Source of the DNA: Alphaproteobacteria bacterium | GTDB lineage: Bacteria > Pseudomonadota > Alphaproteobacteria > UBA828 | NCBI GenBank assembly: GCA_963667785.2 | Contig: CAXXMU010000006.1 | Location: forward strand, 96,001 to 160,000 | DNA: 64,000 nt | Reading direction: 5' to 3' | In this document: positions 62,534 to 64,000 of the stretch, piece after piece | Layout: every line of letters starts with the position of its first letter | Numbering within the stretch: position 1 is the first letter of the stretch | Translations under genes and position numbers: made by a program | Notes under the pieces: model-generated | Database searches by the model: none | Seen by the model: the letters and a program-made list of their open reading frames with translations, nothing else | Told to the model about the DNA's origin: nothing

Positions 62534-63415
62534 TCAGGCGCCCGCGCCCGTGTAGCCCGCGCGGCGCAGCCTGACCGTGCGCCACAGCAGGAAGATCACC
62601 ACCAGCGAGGCGATGCACATCACCACCCCCATCGCCGAGCCCAGCGCCCAGGTGCCGGCCGAGCCGAACTGGTGCTCGAGGCGGTTGACGAACATCGAGC
62701 CGTCCGGCCCGCCGAGGAAGCGCGGCGTGACCGATGCGGCGAAGGTGGGAATGAAGACCAGGACGATGCCGATGGCGGTTCCCATCCAGTTGAGCGGCCA
62801 CGTCACCTCGAGGAACGCCCGCCACGGCTTCGCGCCGCACACCTTGGCCACCTCCAGCAGCTCGAAGTTGAAGTTGAAGAGCGAGAGGTAGATGGCGAGC
62901 AGCATGAAGGGGATCCACAGGTAGACGAGGCCCACCGCGCTCGCGATGTTGGTGTACATCAGCGCCTCGACCGGCGGCAGCCCCAGCTCCATCAGCGCCA
63001 TGTTGAGCAGCCCGATGGGCCCCAGGATCTGCTGCATCGCGGTGACGCGGAGCAGGATTCCGGTCAGGAAGGGCGCCGCCGTCAGGAGGACGAGAACGAT
63101 GCGATAGCGGCCGCCGTGCTTGGCGATCAGGTAGGCGCAGGGCCAAGCGTAGACGAGGCAGATGGCGGAGACCACGGCAGCCATGGCGAGCGAGCGCAGC
63201 AGGAACTTGAGGTAGATCCACTCGCCCAGCACCGAGCCGTAGTTGTCGACGTTCCAGTCGGCGATCAGCTCGTAGCTCTCGGTCCGCCAGAAGCTGAAGA
63301 CCACGATCGAGAGCAGCGGCAGCAGCAGGAACAGGACGATGAAGAGCGCGCCCGGCCCCACCAGCGCGGCAAAGCGCACGCGGGGATCGAGATGGAGCGC
63401 GCGCCGCGCCGTCAC
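62534..63415 (-). CDS. PotB-like ABC permease
   Basis: YLWIPFMLL, LLEVAKVCGA, TPRFLGG; GTG start inferred. Confidence 0.86.
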   Translation of the reverse strand: MTARRALHLDPRVRFAALVGPGALFIVLFLLLPLLSIVVFSFWRTESYELIADWNVDNYGSVLGEWIYLKFLLRSLAMAAVVSAICLVYAWPCAYLIAKHGGRYRIVLVLLTAAPFLTGILLRVTAMQQILGPIGLLNMALMELGLPPVEALMYTNIASAVGLVYLWIPFMLLAIYLSLFNFNFELLEVAKVCGAKPWRAFLEVTWPLNWMGTAIGIVLVFIPTFAASVTPRFLGGPDGSMFVNRLEHQFGSAGTWALGSAMGVVMCIASLVVIFLLWRTVRLRRAGYTGAGA

Positions 63416-63479
63416 GGCACGCCCTTGGCCGCAGGCAGCCCTCCGCCGACGCCGCGATGGGCGGGCGCCGCGCGCAGGC

Positions 63480-64000
63480 TCACGGCTCGCCGTCCTCGAC
63501 CGCGAACACATCGGCCGCCTCGACGGGCCAGCCGAGAGTCACGCGGGCGTTGCGCTCGACGCCGGCGACGCTGGTGGGCCCGCTCACGACCAGCTCCACG
63601 TCGTTGTCGGCGCGCACGATGTAGTCCGCGAACTGGCCCTTGAAGATGATGTCGCGCACCGTGCCTTCGAGCCGGTTCTCGTGCTGCGCGGCGTCCGCCG
63701 CGGGGCCGAGCGCGATGCGTTCGCTCTTGAGGAACATCTCCACCGCATCGCCGGGCCGGGCACTTCCCGCGGCGCGCCCCACCAGCCTGATGCCGCCCCA
63801 GTCGATGAGCAGGCGCTCGCCGTCCTCCTGCATCGCCTGCCCGCTGAGCCTGTTGGGCGCGCCGACGAAGGAGGCGACGAAGCGCGTGGCGGGCGCGTTG
63901 TAGACCTCGAGCTTCGGCCCCACCTGCTCCAGCCCGCCGCGGTGCATCACCGCCATGCGGTCGCTCATGGTCAGCGCTTCTTCCTGATTGTGCGTCACGT
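63480..64000 (-). CDS. PotA-like ABC ATPase, 3' part (truncated by window edge)
   Basis: VTHNQEEALTMSDR, PATRFVASFVG, C-terminal TOBE-like region. Confidence 0.9.
   Translation of the reverse strand, partial: VTHNQEEALTMSDRMAVMHRGGLEQVGPKLEVYNAPATRFVASFVGAPNRLSGQAMQEDGERLLIDWGGIRLVGRAAGSARPGDAVEMFLKSERIALGPAADAAQHENRLEGTVRDIIFKGQFADYIVRADNDVELVVSGPTSVAGVERNARVTLGWPVEAADVFAVEDGEP

Overview
A very GC-rich bacterial chromosome segment, most likely alphaproteobacterial (inferred from the NrdJ, AspS and GuaB sequences and the repeat types). Housekeeping genes are nrdJ (with tandem NrdR boxes), aspS and guaB. There is a GH3-family/two-component operon, an RHH-Doc toxin-antitoxin pair and a ~33 kb catabolic region (three ABC importers, KynU, orphan PxpB/C-like genes, LarA-like, Rieske, NicX-like and LLM enzymes). 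Towards the 3' end are a Fur-box-marked locus of three poorly characterised genes, an ATP-grasp/alpha-E/transglutaminase operon, and a split-beta cobalt nitrile-hydratase/thiocyanate-hydrolase-like operon behind a fourth ABC importer. Nine 150-230 bp non-coding elements at eight loci form three related MITE-like families. They end in (C/T)TAG, mostly share that TAG with a neighbouring stop codon, and carry palindromic cores, one of which occurs in two different shells. No rRNA, tRNA, CRISPR array or transposase was recognised. All protein calls come from motif recognition by eye, not from database searches.
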